From Octopus sinensis (Eukaryota), in assembly GCF_006345805.1 (NCBI RefSeq), contig NC_042999.1, positions 62,062,001 through 62,126,000 of the forward strand: a stretch of 64,000 bases of DNA, given 5' to 3'. Under the pieces are notes generated by a model, which did no database searches, was not told where the DNA came from, and worked only from the letters and a program-made list of their open reading frames with translations. Shown piece after piece: positions 48,266-61,559 of this stretch. The number at the start of each line of letters is the position of its first letter. Position 1 is the first letter of the stretch. Both the position numbers and the translations under genes were made by a program.

Positions 48266-49453
48266 TATTTTTTGAAAATTTCATTAAAAAATTTACATTT
48301 TCTGGAAGTTGTGAGGCAACAAAGTCGGTCGGGTAGGGGCACACATGTATAGGTAAGCGACATTTGCATTATTTTACAATAATCATTTCAAATCCTGCTC
48401 GGCTGGTTTTTGTCTTATCTTTCAGGGTCCAATAGAATGAGTTAATCGTAATGAAACAGAGTTGTAAACACCCCTATACCTATCATTCAAATGCTGACGT
48501 CAGTAAAGTGGTCAAGGAAAACGGGTTTTTACTTTTATTGGAATTAATATCGTATTATTTAAGATGCCAAAGGAGTTCTGTGTTTTCGTTTTTATGAAGA
48601 CGCTTCATGAATAATCTAATCTTCTCACTCCTTCGGTCATTGTTTTTTTAAAGATAAAAATAGTATGATGACTTATAAAATATTTAGAGGATTATTAGGT
48701 TTTACAGGCCAGATGTTAAAAAATATTGGAGTGGCTGATTCCGGGTTCAGTCCCACTGTGGCACCTTGGGCAAGTGTCTTCTACTATAACCTCGGGCCAA
48801 CAAAGCCTTGTGAGTGGATTTGGTAGACGAAAACTGAAAGAAGCCCGTCATATATATATATGTATGTGTGTGTGTTTGTGTGTCTGTGTTTGTCCCCCTA
48901 GCATTGCTTGACAACCGATACTTGTGTATTTATGTCCCCGTTACTTAGCGGTTCGGCAAAAGGACCAATAGAATAAGTACTGGGTTACAAAAAGAATAAG
49001 TCCCGGGTTCTAGTTGCTCGATTAAAGGCGATGCTCCAGCATGGCCGCGGTCAAGAGTAACATTAAAAGTAAAATATGTTTTATATGACACATTAGGGTT
49101 AGGGTTAGGGTTAGTGTCCGAAGTTGAAAGTGTTTAGTTACAAAAAATTTATTTCTCGATCTGCTGTTCAAAGGGTAAAGATCCCTTATATTATCTATTT
49201 AAACCCTTTACAACCTAGAAGGGTTATGGGTCAAGAGGAAAATACATCAATCAAATGTTGGCAAGGCCATCGGTTGAATAAAACAACATTGTTCCCAACA
49301 ACAGAACAATAAGGCTCTATAGTTAGGGGGAAATTTACCCATTCAGTTTCAAAACTCAGGTGGGGCCAAAAGAGGTCTCTACACATACATACGTATACAC
49401 ACAAACACATACATACAATACATACATACATAAATATATCCAGACAACTTCAG

Positions 49454-49492
<39 letters not shown>

Positions 49493-49529
49493 GATATATA
49501 TATAATATCTTTTATCTTCTTCTTCTTCT

Positions 49530-49700
49530 TCTATATATAAAAACTGAAATGCGTTTTTTACATTTGGATCGCTTTCAATGCCACTACGTCCCGTCCGATT
49601 CGCTCCAAAATTTACAGGGACATGTAGAATGAGGTGACGATGCTCGTGGGTTACCTTAGAAATCCCTATCTTAAAAGGTGTGGTTGCTAGGGGCCATCTT
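49530..49700 (+). mobile_element. Possible Helitron-type 5' terminus
   Basis: TCTATATATAAAAACTGAAATG start resembles non-autonomous Helitron 5' ends. No matched 3' end is proven. Confidence 0.4.
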
Positions 49701-50372
49701 CCTCACTCACGCTATTTCCTCCTTTCCCTCTCTTACTCCCCTTCATCTATAACTTTGAGAGTTCCACTACCGTTATTTAAAGTATCTGTCACTCTCGCTA
49801 TTTCCTCTCTTTTTCACTGACTCTGTTTCCTAGCTTCCCATCACTTCGGCGGCGTTCTTTTAAGTATCTGTCTGTCACAACAAAAAACACACACATGAGC
49901 AATGAGAACAAATATTATGAATCAGATATTCTTGCGTTCATTATATATATGTGTGTGTGTGTGTGTGTTCTATATATAAATATGTATATATAATGTATGT
50001 GTGTGTGTGTGTTCTATATATAAATATGTATATATAATGTATGTGTGTGTGTTCTATATATAACTATGTATATATAATGTATATATACAAAGTGTTATAT
50101 CTGTATTTATGTATATTAAACTTTTTCATACTTTTTCATAGTTATATATATTTTAAACAAATTATAAATATATTTAATAATTTTTATTTTCAATTTAAAT
50201 AATTTAAATTTTCAATTTTATATTTTATATATTTTATATATTATTTTTTTTATGTTTTCGTTTTTGGTTTTTCACTGTTTGATTTGCCTATTAGTGGTTT
50301 TATCTCTAATTTAATTTATACAGATATATATCTCATTTGTATATATAATGCGTGCACAACACACACACACAC

Positions 50373-50449
<77 letters not shown>

Positions 50450-51525
50450 GTGTGCATTACGTAGTCGGTCGATTCAGCTGAAATATGCACACCTGTGTTA
50501 AAAGTGCTGGCAAGTTTGCATGACAACTATTTTTTTCCGCAAATGAAAGGCGTCACCCCTAGGACAAAATTCCTCATCTTATAAAATGTAGCCCCAGAAG
50601 ACCCGAATGAAATCGGGTTATATTAACCAAAATGTGAAAAGGGGTCTAAATGGGGCTGGAAGGGGATTAGAATTTCAAGGAGCGGGTGTTTAGGAATTCT
50701 CTGTTACATCAAGCTAAAAAATTTGCGCCAGCCTTTTAATCGTCAATGTGTTGCCGTCCATGATAAAGAACTTTTGAATGCTTGCCATGGTGAGTCTACT
50801 GTCGTGAGAAAGAATCACTTCAAAACTTGGTGTTTACGAATTTTCTTTTACATCAAGTTGAATATTTTACGCCAGCCGTTAAACTGTCACTACGTTGCTG
50901 TCCGTCGTTAACAAATACCAGCCATGGTGACTCTACTATCCTTAGATTCTATCCCTTCAAACTTTGATTTCCAATATTTTATTATTTTTCTTCAGCTCGC
51001 AAGTTCGTCTGTCCCTTTTAAATGTTAGCATTTTGCTGTCTGCCTTGAAGCAGACCTTTCATTGCCACTGCCTGATATTATGATTGATCTTTCTAAATTT
51101 TATTTCTCAACTTACTCAAGATCTTCTGTTGTTTATAAATGGGAGAGAGATAGATAAAGAAAGAGAGTAAGAGAAAGCGAGGGAGAGTCCGAGAGAAAAG
51201 AAAAGTAAGAGAGTGGGAAAGTGAGAGAGAAAGGAGAGAGAAACAAATACGGAGAATCATCATCAGCATCATCGTTTAACGTCCGTTTTCCGTGCTAGCA
51301 CGGGTTCGACAGTGTGACCGGGGTTTGGGAAGCCAGGAGGCTGCACCAAGCTCCTGGCAGTGTTTATAAAGGTGGATGACCTTCCTAACGCCAACCACTC
51401 TGTGAGTGTAGTAGGTGCTTTTTTCGTGCTGTGAGAATGTGTGATTCCCTAAAACTTGAGAGCTACACAAACGATTTCATTCAAATTTTACACATGCCTT
51501 ACTTAGGGTATAAGGAGTGTGTTGA

Positions 51526-51707
51526 GCTCGCTCTGGGCGCCATTGGGCTCACTGTCCACGGCTACGAGACCACAGTGAGCGCTATGGCGACCAGAGCTCA
51601 CAGTGAGCGCTATGGCGACGGTCTTAACACCATGAACAAGATGGCTTGGCTTGGCTTGGCTTGGCTTGGCTTGGCTTGGCTTGGCTTGGCTTGGCTAGGC
51701 TTGGCTT
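51526..51707 (+). repeat. Homologous 68-nt hairpin, partial repeat, and (GGCTT)n
   Basis: 51530-51597 folds into a 26-position stem with 3 mismatches. The pentanucleotide array runs 51643-51707. Confidence 0.85.
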
Positions 51708-54098
51708 GCGACAATGTTTTGCTGTTTTTATCAAGGTTGCCCTCAGTAGCTGCCCAACCTCCTCTGCTGAAAGTAGGTGGAATTATATCAGGGAAGCTTT
51801 GTATACCACATCAATAGATACTTTCGGAATGAGAGAAAGGTAAAACCCAGATTTTGTTCAGTGCTGGGCTCTCGGAGCTGGAACCAGTTATCGAAGCAAA
51901 GCGTACAGCTCTGATGCAATACAAGAGTGATTCTTCTACAAAGTCGCTCGAAGAACTCAGAAAGGCAAGAAATAAAACCCAATTGACTGCCACACGCTGT
52001 GCAAATGGGTATTGAAAGGAAATCTGTCAGAGTATCCAGTCAGCTGCTGACAGTGGCAACACCCGTGGGATGTATGCCGGTTTGAAGAAGGCCCTCGGTC
52101 CATCCGCAACCACCTCAGCCCCTCTGAAATCAACTACTGGAGATCTCATCAGGGACCAAGGCAAGCAAATGGATAGATGGATGGAGTACTACCAGGATCT
52201 CTACTCACGAGTGACCACGGTAGCTGAGGCTGCAATCGAGGGTGTCAAGATCTTGCCAGTCATGTGTGAACTTGACAGTCTGCCATCTATAGCAGAGCTC
52301 ACCAAATCTATTGACTCCCTAGCAAGTAACAAGGCTCCGGGAAAAGACGGCATCCCCTTAGAGATCATCAAACCGGCAAAAACAAACATCATCCTGCTTC
52401 GGCACATTCATGAGCTTCTGTGTCAGTGCTGGTTAGAGGGCACAGTCCCTCAGAATATGCGGGATGCTAACATCATTACGCTTTACAAAAGTAAAAGTGA
52501 CCGTGATGATTGTAACAATTACCGTGGAATATCTCTTCTAAGCACAGTTGGAAAGGCCTCTGCTAGCATTATCCTGTCCAGGCTGCAACTAATTGCTTCT
52601 CGAATTTATCCAGAATCGCGGTGTGGCTTTAGAAGAAGCAGATCAACTATTGACATGATATTCTCCATACGCCAACTTCAGAAGTCCAGAGAGCAGAAAA
52701 TGCCATTATATATGGCCTTCATTGATCTGACAAAGGGCTTTGACTTGGTAAGTAGAAAAGGCCTCTTCATCCTGCTCCAAAAAATCGGATGTCCACCAAA
52801 GCTGCTGAGGATCATCAAATCATTCCATGCTAATATGCAAGGCACCATACAGCACAATGGTTCAACATCAGCCGCCTTCCAAATAAAAAATGGGGTAGAG
52901 CAAGGTTGTGTCCTTGCTCCTACATTATTTGGCATCTTCTTCTCGATGCTGCTGTCACATGCTTTTGAGACATCAGATGATGGAGTGTTTCTGCACAGTA
53001 GAAGTGATGGGAAACTGTTCAATCTCTCGCGTCTGCGTGCCAAGACCAAAATCTCAGAAGCGTCCTGATCAAGGAGATGCTATTTGCTGATGATGCCGCT
53101 CTGGTATCACACACAGAAGAAGCCCTACGAAGGCTCATCAACTGTTTCGAGCAAGCATTTGGCAACTTTGGCTTAGTTATCAGCCTCAAGAAGACCAACA
53201 TCATGGGTCAGGCTACATCGGACATCCCAAACATACATATTGGAGACCACAGAGTATAGGAGGTGGAGAAGTTTAACTATCTTGGCTCTACCGTCACCTA
53301 CAACCTATCCCTTGATGCTGAGCTCAATATACGCATTGGCAAGGCAGCTGCTGTGATGGCCCAACTCACCAAACGCGCATGGGACAACAATAAGCTGACC
53401 AAGACCACAAAAATGAAGATTTACCAGGCATGTGTACTTAGCACTCTACTGTATGACTTTGACGCCATACACACGCCATACGACGCCATACGTCACCTAA
53501 ATATCTTTCACCTGCGCTGTCTCCGGAAAATCCATCGCATCAAATGGCAGAATCATGTCCCTAACAAAGATGTCCTCAAGCAAGCAGGAATACCAAGCAT
53601 GTTTGCACTCTTCACACAAAGACGTATGAGATGGCTTGGACATTGTAGCCGTATGGAAGATGGCAGAATCCCCAAGGACATACTCAACGGAGAGCTTGCT
53701 AGGGGCACTAGGTCTGTGGGAAGACTGTTCTTACGATACAAGGATGTTTGCAAAAGGGACATGAATGTATGCAACATCAATATTACCAACTGGGAAGCAG
53801 TTGCCAGCAACCGTGGAGATTGGCGACGTACCGTAAAAGAGGGAACACAAAGGAGTGACATAGTGAGAAAGGAGAAATGGAAAGACAAGAAAAGACGTCA
53901 ACAAGAAACTATGACATTACAACCAGTCAGGCAAAGTCTTCGCTACATTTAAGGCACCTTCCAGAGGGAGTGTTTGTCCCGGATAGGACTACACAGCCAC
54001 AGCAAGAGATGTATTAGGACATGAAATGTAAAAGCCGGACTAGATTATTTTATGCGCAACTCCATTGTCTCCCGAGACAAAAAGGATGCCAACAACAA
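51708..54098 (+). mobile_element. RTE (BovB/AviRTE-like) LINE relic, copy 2, with 3' end
   Basis: Same family as copy 1. 332-aa RT ORF, FADDAAL, C-terminal CLSRIGLHSHSKRC, and a 3' end ccattgtctcccgagacaaaaggatgccaacaac. Confidence 0.92.
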
Positions 54099-54376
54099 TA
54101 TATATGGATTTCGTAGACAGAAACTGTAACAAATAAATCGTATATATATGTATGTATATATGTAAGTGTATGTGTGTGTCTTTGTCTCTGTGTTTCGCCC
54201 TCATCACTGCTTCACAACTGCTGTTCACTTATTTACATCCACATAACTTACTGGTTTCACAAGAACAAACTAATAGAGTAAGTACTAGGCTTATCAACAT
54301 AAAAAAGCACTAGGCTGTGTCTCATATTTTTGTTGCTCACTCAGTTGTATCTATCAATTTATCTTTGTATGTGTGC

Positions 54377-54440
<64 letters not shown>

Positions 54441-54444
54441 CCTA

Positions 54445-55269
54445 ATGTTTGATTGCAGACCTCCTTTCAGTCTTTTTATTATCACTCGGTCACACATAGT
54501 CCCCAGATGGTAACATTGATTTCAAGGCCTTCCCAGATGAGTGACTGGTTATTCAAAGACATTTATAGATTTTAAATTTATTCTGTCCAGTTACGTATCG
54601 GTATAGTGGTCATTTGCAAACTACAGAGGTGACACTTTCATTTCTCCTTAGCTCTCACGTCAAACAGTTGTTAATGTTGATTTCAGTTGGGTCACGCACT
54701 TCCAATTGCTATAGATTCGTAATGCATCTTACAGCTGTGTGTCATCTGGATGGTGAGGCATCCTACATTAGGAGTGGTAACGACTAGGGTAGGGTAACTG
54801 ACTGCTTATTGTGATCATTCGTCTTTTGGTTTCCTGTAGCTTTGCTCTCTTTTACAAACCCAGTGAACATATATTTCCTATTTCAAAGAAATTTAAACAA
54901 TAGATATAAGACCCAAGTTAAAAAGATTTTCAACAATTCAACTTCTCTGGTTGACATTAAGATGCCCACCCCCAACAGGGGCCTTAGCTCTCACATTTTA
55001 GAGCTCCATGACCTTCATTTTTCAGGAACAAAGTCTTTTTAACAAGTTAAATAAGACTGGAATTTTGGAATATGCGCATAAAAATCAGGATTATGGGATA
55101 CATGTGGCACGATTACAATTTTTTAGGGTGTGTAAAGATTGAAATAACCCTCATCTGCAATTTTGATGAAATTCGAAACATAGATATTCCAGTTCACCAC
55201 AGAAGATATAACAGAAAAGTCTAATTCTCCAATTGAATGTAATCGGGCAACGCCGGGTATCTCTGCTAG
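54445..55269 (+). mobile_element. Non-autonomous Helitron-like element 3' portion, copy 2
   Basis: Same sequence as copy 1 with a ~260-bp insert (~54835-55100). Ends cgggcaacgccgggtatctctgCTAG|T. Confidence 0.65.
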
Positions 55270-55630
55270 TTATATATAAATATAAATAAGTAAAAGATAT
55301 GCAATAAATATAAATATGTATATAAAAGTAAAAATGTACATATATATATATTCTTTCTTTTCTTTCTTTTATTCTTTTACTTGTTTCGACCCGAACACTT
55401 CTTTAAAGTAATTCTATATATTTCGCAAGAAAGAACAATAATATTATGTATATACATGCCACCATGGGGAGACAAACACAAACACACACACAGTTCCGTC
55501 TACCAAATTCACTCACAAGGCTTGGTTGGCCTGAGGCTCTAGTAGAAGACCAAGGCGTCACGCAATGGGGCTGAACCCAGAACCATGTGGTTGGTAGGCA
55601 GGCTACTTACCACACAGCCACTCATGCATA

Positions 55631-55691
<61 letters not shown>

Positions 55692-56718
55692 TTTGTGTGT
55701 GTCTGTGTGTAGTTTGACAAGTGTCAATGCACGAAACTCTCGCCCCTCGAGTCACTCTGTTGCTTCTGCTAAATATTGATAAACACATATATGACGAGCT
55801 TTTTCAGATTCCGTCAACCAAATCTACTCACAAGGGTTTAGTCGACCCAGGGCTATAGTAGAAACACCCGCTCAAAGTGCCACGCAGCTGGACTGAACCC
55901 GGAACGGCTTACAACACAGTCACGCCTGCTCCTATTCACATATATACATGATATATATTTCTTTTGGTACCCACAAGGGGCTAAACATAGAGGGGACAAA
56001 CAAGGACAGACAAACGGATTAAGTCGATTACATCGACCCAGTGCGAAACTGGTACTTATTTATCGACCCCGAGAGGATGAAAGGCAAAGTCGACCTCGGC
56101 GGAATTTGAACTCAGAACGTAGCGGCAGACGAAATACTGCTAAGCATTTCGCCCGGCGTGCTAACGCTTCTGCTAGCTCGCCTCTTGCATATAAATCTAT
56201 GTGCGTATATAGACACAGTTATACATATGGCTACACACACAAACACACACGTACACATACACATGCAAGTAGTCACACGAGTGTACACACAACCACACAC
56301 ATACGCACGCACACACACACACATACACACTAGTACGCACGCACATAATCTCCTTTCCTCTCACCCTTATTCTTCTAAGCATAGAAAGGCATGCATGCAC
56401 GCAGACATAAGATTAATTCGCGGCCAAATTCAGGGCAGACGTTGAAGAGAAAGAACAAGCTATTGAAAAGGTCGCGAAAAATAGCGACGAACGGACTTTC
56501 ACGAAGAAATAAAACTTTGATTGTTTAACCAGCACGTTAAACAAACGATCGATTACGAAGTTGGTCAGATGTGTAACCATATCGTTATTGGCATAATGAC
56601 CCTCCCAAGAAGCAACAAGATGTGTGTGTGTATGCGTGTGTGAGTGTGTGTGCGTATGTGTATATATGTATGTGTGTGTGTGTGTGTGTGTGTGTGAGAT
56701 TGAAACAGTAATCGCTCG

Positions 56719-56816
56719 ATAATGTAAAGTATAGAAGCCATCTTATCATGGCTAACCACATTGGGGATCCCCAATGTGGTTAGCCATGATCAGATGGCTT
56801 CTATACTTTACATTAT
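56719..56816. repeat. 98-bp spacer-less palindrome
   Basis: 49-bp arms centred on GGGGA|TCCCC, with one mismatch. Confidence 0.95.
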
Positions 56817-56903
56817 ATATATAAACATATATATTTATTACACACATGTGAGTGAGAACACTTTGAGATATTTTTGGTATCTAACATATGTCAGATACTG
56901 CGA

Positions 56904-57010
56904 GCGCTGCTTCTGATTGGTCAATCCATGGTGATGACCCGAGGTCACGGTGACAGCGCTACTTCTGATTGGTCAATCCATGGTGATGACCCGACGTCAC
57001 GTTGACGGCA
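56904..57010 (+). repeat. 52-bp tandem repeat (2 copies plus) with CCAAT and GGTCA motifs
   Basis: gcgct(g/a)cttctgattggtcaatccatggtgatgacccga recurs at 56904 and 56956. Confidence 0.9.
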
Positions 57011-57102
57011 CTACTTTTGTCATTCATAAGTTACTACTAAACGTGAAGAATTTAGTTGTGGGGTTAATAAAATATGGTCGTTTATTCGTGTGTAATAAAT
57101 AA

Positions 57103-57246
57103 AATACCAAACTCATTCCCTATGGATACCGTATGTATTACAACTCGTGGCTTGTAAACGTATCTAACTCGCTTTCGCTCGTTAGATACGTTTACAAGCC
57201 ACTCGTTGTAATAAATACGGTATCCATAGGGAACTCGTTTGGTATT
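57103..57246. repeat. 144-bp imperfect palindrome punctuated by direct ACTCG motifs
   Basis: 66-nt arms 57103-57168 and 57181-57246 with a 12-nt loop. Confidence 0.92.
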
Positions 57247-57773
57247 CTCTATATATATTCAGTCAAACTGATGCACCTGCTTGTTATTCCTGCACCTGTC
57301 TTCGTCTTTTGTTGTTTTCTGTAAATATATCCTTTTATATATATGTGCTGCAAGATTCTTGATGTGAAACCGTGCGTTGAAACAGCTATTGTTGTATTTC
57401 GAGATAGTTATTTTTTTCCTCTTTTTGCCAAATAAACAGGCGCACTATATAATTCCCTTTTCACTCATTTATTACTGTTCTTATTCTAATTTATGTTTAT
57501 CGTCCGGAAATCTTTCGTCACACCTCTGTGAACTCTTCAGCGACACTTTCCGTCTTCGTGTGTACTCTTGCTCCGCTTTTATACATATACACACATACGG
57601 GTAAAACCCTTGTGGTATGGTATCTAAAGCTCGTATAAAGTCTTACTCAAAGAAGGTGCATTTCACACCTTGAATTGGTGATAATGATTACACAACATCT
57701 CACCAATGAACAAGTGTAAAAATGTGTCGCGAAACAATTGTAATGTTTATAGATGATGTCATATATATATATA

Positions 57774-57841
<68 letters not shown>

Positions 57842-58530
57842 AGATATATATATATATAGGAGTGTATGTATGTATGTGTGTATGTATATACTTACATATA
57901 TATGTATACATATGCATATATGTGTACAGGATGTCCACAGAAGGTAAACAACATGAAAACGAAATACGAAAATATGGAATACGAACTTTTTGGCGAACAG
58001 CGAAAGAAACAATATTATCGATAATGCCCGAAATTGCGTTTGACTCCTCTTGCTGATAACTGATGAAGAATTTGTGATCTTGTGTGTTTTCTGTTCGCCT
58101 GTGCATTTAGTATGTGTTCATTTGTTTATTTACTATACGTTTATTTTTAATTATATATATATATATAGATATGTCATATTTTCCGTTTGTTGTCTTTTTA
58201 TTTAATCCTGAAGATATTATTTATGTAACGCACGCACTCATTAATCTTTTACCTATATATATATGTGTGTGTGTGTGTGTATGTGTGCGCGTGTATGTGT
58301 GTGAGTGTGTGTGTGTGTGTGCGCGCGCGCGTGTGTGTCTGTGTACGTGTGTGTGTGTAGTTCAAATTTACAGAAAACAAACGACGAAGACAGGTGAAAG
58401 AACAACAAGCAGAGTTTGAAGGTTTTTTAGTTATAGAAATCGACCCCAGGACTTACTCTTTGAAACCCTAGCACTTATTCTATCGGTTTCTTTTTCCAAA
58501 ACGCTAAGCTACGGGGACGTTATTATATAT

Positions 58531-58593
<63 letters not shown>

Positions 58594-59020
58594 CAAATAG
58601 GTCAAATAGATTTGGAAGATGGAAACTGAAAAAAGCCCGTCGTATATACGTGTTTGGTGGGCCGGAGGGGGCTAGCTTCGTGCTGTCCCAGACAACCGCT
58701 TGTTGACTTCCTTTCCATCCCCGCAACTTAGAAGTTCGACGAAATTAACCGATAGAATATGTCGAATGACTGAGACAAGTAAATGTTTTTTTAGATATAT
58801 CGTAGTAATATCTAATGTAGTTGTGATTTACGACCAGTCAGGACTTACCATTGGTTTCACACTTTTTATACTCTTAGCAATATAGACGTCCCACTGCTAA
58901 GAACGTAAAAGGCGCGAAAGCAATGGTGACTCCCTGACAAGCCATACCAGCCACATAGTTTCGGGTTCATTCACACTGCGTGGCACCTTAGAATCTAGGG
59001 TTGGATTCAAAATTCTACCA

Positions 59021-59154
59021 GGACACCTGATGAAGGCTGGAGAGTAAATCAGTCGAATTTTGTGGTAGCAACAAACAAGATGAGGACAAAATATCCATCC
59101 AATGTAAAAAAATGTAAATATTGTACAGAATTCCTCATCTCTAAAATATAGAAC
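59021..59154 (+). mobile_element. HH-1 family copy with a decayed hammerhead
   Basis: ggacac-CTGATGA-a-ggctg[gagagtaaat]cagtc-GAAT, followed by the same 3' body (caaacaagatgaggac...aattcctcatctctaaaatatagaac). Confidence 0.7.
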
Positions 59155-60446
59155 AACTTATGATTGTTTCAAAAATTCCATGTTGACTTAATCTTGCATC
59201 GTGTTTTTAAACGACTCCACAATTAATGATGTAGTCATATCCGTTGTACACGATACCCGTTCATAGAATGATCCCTCGCAACTCTCTACAAAAAATAATA
59301 CGCTGAAGTGTTTGTCTACCGCTTTAAATATAGGACATTAATCAATGTTATAGTGGACGGCACAGCGGTCACGTTTATAAACATGATGAAGATAAGTCAA
59401 AATGAATTTGTAGAAATAGTTGTAAACTATGAAACAAAAATAATAACGCAAGCTCCACTCTTCAGTGTTTATTATTTTATACTCAACAATAATTTGTGGG
59501 TTACCAGCTTATTGGGGGTGTTTTCCCCATTTAGTCATTGTCCGTAGAAGCACTTCTTCCCTAGGCAAGCGCCTAGATTATTTTATCCCAAGTCTCCTGT
59601 AATATACATTCCTGCGCGCGCGACCGAGTGTGGGTGTGTTCAACTGACACAGTCGTTAACTTGGGTTATTTATTTCGCCTCTTTGCTTTGTGAGTTCAAA
59701 TCACGCCTAAGTTAACTTCATCTTCATATTCTCAAAATAACAATACAGAGAAGATTCGTGGAATCTAGTAGTATCTAGCAGTATCTATTTCGGATCCCTA
59801 TATTCTGAGTTCAAATCCCACCTACTATCAGCGGAAAAATAAAAGGGTTCTTCTTAGAAGAAAATCCGTTGGTAAAGGTAAAGCTCCAAATACTGAGATT
59901 CTCAATTGTATTGTGTAGACCTCATCTACTCCCTCCTATATAGATTCCAGCTGCACTGGTCTGAGGTCGCATTGCCAAAAGAACGGATAAATAACCTATG
60001 GGACGGGTTGTTTTTTTTTTTTTACAATGAGTTAGTAAGGATAGAAACCAGGGCCGAATTTAGGTAAGAAGAGGCCCTGGTTTATTTCACTTATGAGGTC
60101 GCTTCGAATCTCCCACTTTTACGACTAGAATTATACATATAAGTTTCTTTATTGGCCACACAGGGCTGCACACAGATGGGACAAGTTACAAGGTAGAGCT
60201 TTTCTTTTGGGGGATGAAAAAAACAAAAAACAAAAGAAACAAAAAAAAAAGTTGGCGTAGGTTTTCGATCAAAAGGGATTGTAAAAGGGAAAAAGAAGAA
60301 CAAAAAAATTTAAAAAAAAAAAAAAGAAGAAAAGGAAAAGGAACAAAAGAAAAGAGAAATGAAAAAAGAAGAAAAAAAGGGGGAAAAAAGGGGAAGAGGT
60401 AAAAAAACGATCAATAGGGATCGTATAACTTGTGGGTATATATCTT

Positions 60447-60562
60447 GGGGGTATATCAGCCGAAACGTTGTGTTAAGAATAAACAAGATGAGGATAAATA
60501 TCCGTCAAATGTAAATAATGTAAATAATGTAAATAATTCCTCATTTCTTAAATACAGAACTG
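60447..60562 (+). mobile_element. HH-1 family copy, 5'-truncated within stem II
   Basis: gggtatatcagccGAAACGTTgtgtt followed by the same 3' body. CTGATGA is missing. Confidence 0.7.
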
Positions 60563-60909
60563 TAATACATATGTAATTATGAAATCTTTGGATAGCTCCT
60601 CTCTGAATACCTCATTTGTGGATATTTCATCTCTAATTATCTCGTCTATGGATATCCCATATGTGGATAATTCGTATGGGGGTATCTCTCTTGCTAATAT
60701 CTCTTTGCTGTACGATATCTACAGTAAAGAGATACGTTCATTTATTAATGTTATATAGACATCTATGAGATATCTCCCACGCATTTGTTTTTGTAGCGGA
60801 AATGAATCGTAATGATGATACGAGTACGAATATAGATAGCGTGAAACTTGGAGTTACTAATTTTTAAAAATGTGTATGCGTGCGCACTCGAGTGCGTGCA
60901 AACGAAAGC

Positions 60910-60942
<33 letters not shown>

Positions 60943-61559
60943 TGTATGTATGTATGTATGGATGGATGGATGGATGGATGGATGGACGGATGGATGTGTG
61001 TGTGTGTGAGAGAGTGTGTATATGAGTGTGTGGCTAGCTAGACAGACAGACAGACAGACAGACAGGCAGACAGACAGACAGAGTTTGAGGCTAAACTCTT
61101 TTTCTGCCGGTAATTGTCAACAGCACGACACCAAATTAGAAAATTACTATTTGTAAATCTCACAACGAGAGATATTCAGCAACAGTACTTAGGAATAAAA
61201 ATCATTTGCCAACATAACATGGCAGTCCTAGTTTAGGACGAATGTTGCTGTAATTTAGCCCCAGGAGACATCGTGTCCAGCTGGCTATACGACACGATCT
61301 GTGTCCTTATATTTTCGAACAAGGGAATCTAGCACCCCGACTCAGCTCAAAACAATATCTGTGTATTGCAATTTCCAGGCTAATTCCCTTTATCAGCACA
61401 GAATAATTGTTCAGCTGCCAAATTCCCATTCAAAATATAGAGTTTTCAGAGTGACAACTAGTCACTGATCTATATATTAGAAAATTACTATTTGTAAATC
61501 TCACAACGAGAGGTATTCAGCAACAGTACTTAGGAATAAAAATCATTTGCCAACATAAC

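Noticed and set aside
57686-57748. aacat...GAAACAATTGTA-atgtt with a palindromic stem III
   Set aside because: Stems I and III are suggestive, but the CUGAUGA core is unrecognisable (ctcaccaatga). Too degenerate to call.
60214-60402. Lys/Arg-rich 62-aa ORF
   Set aside because: Low-complexity A/G-rich tract with no domain or splice support.
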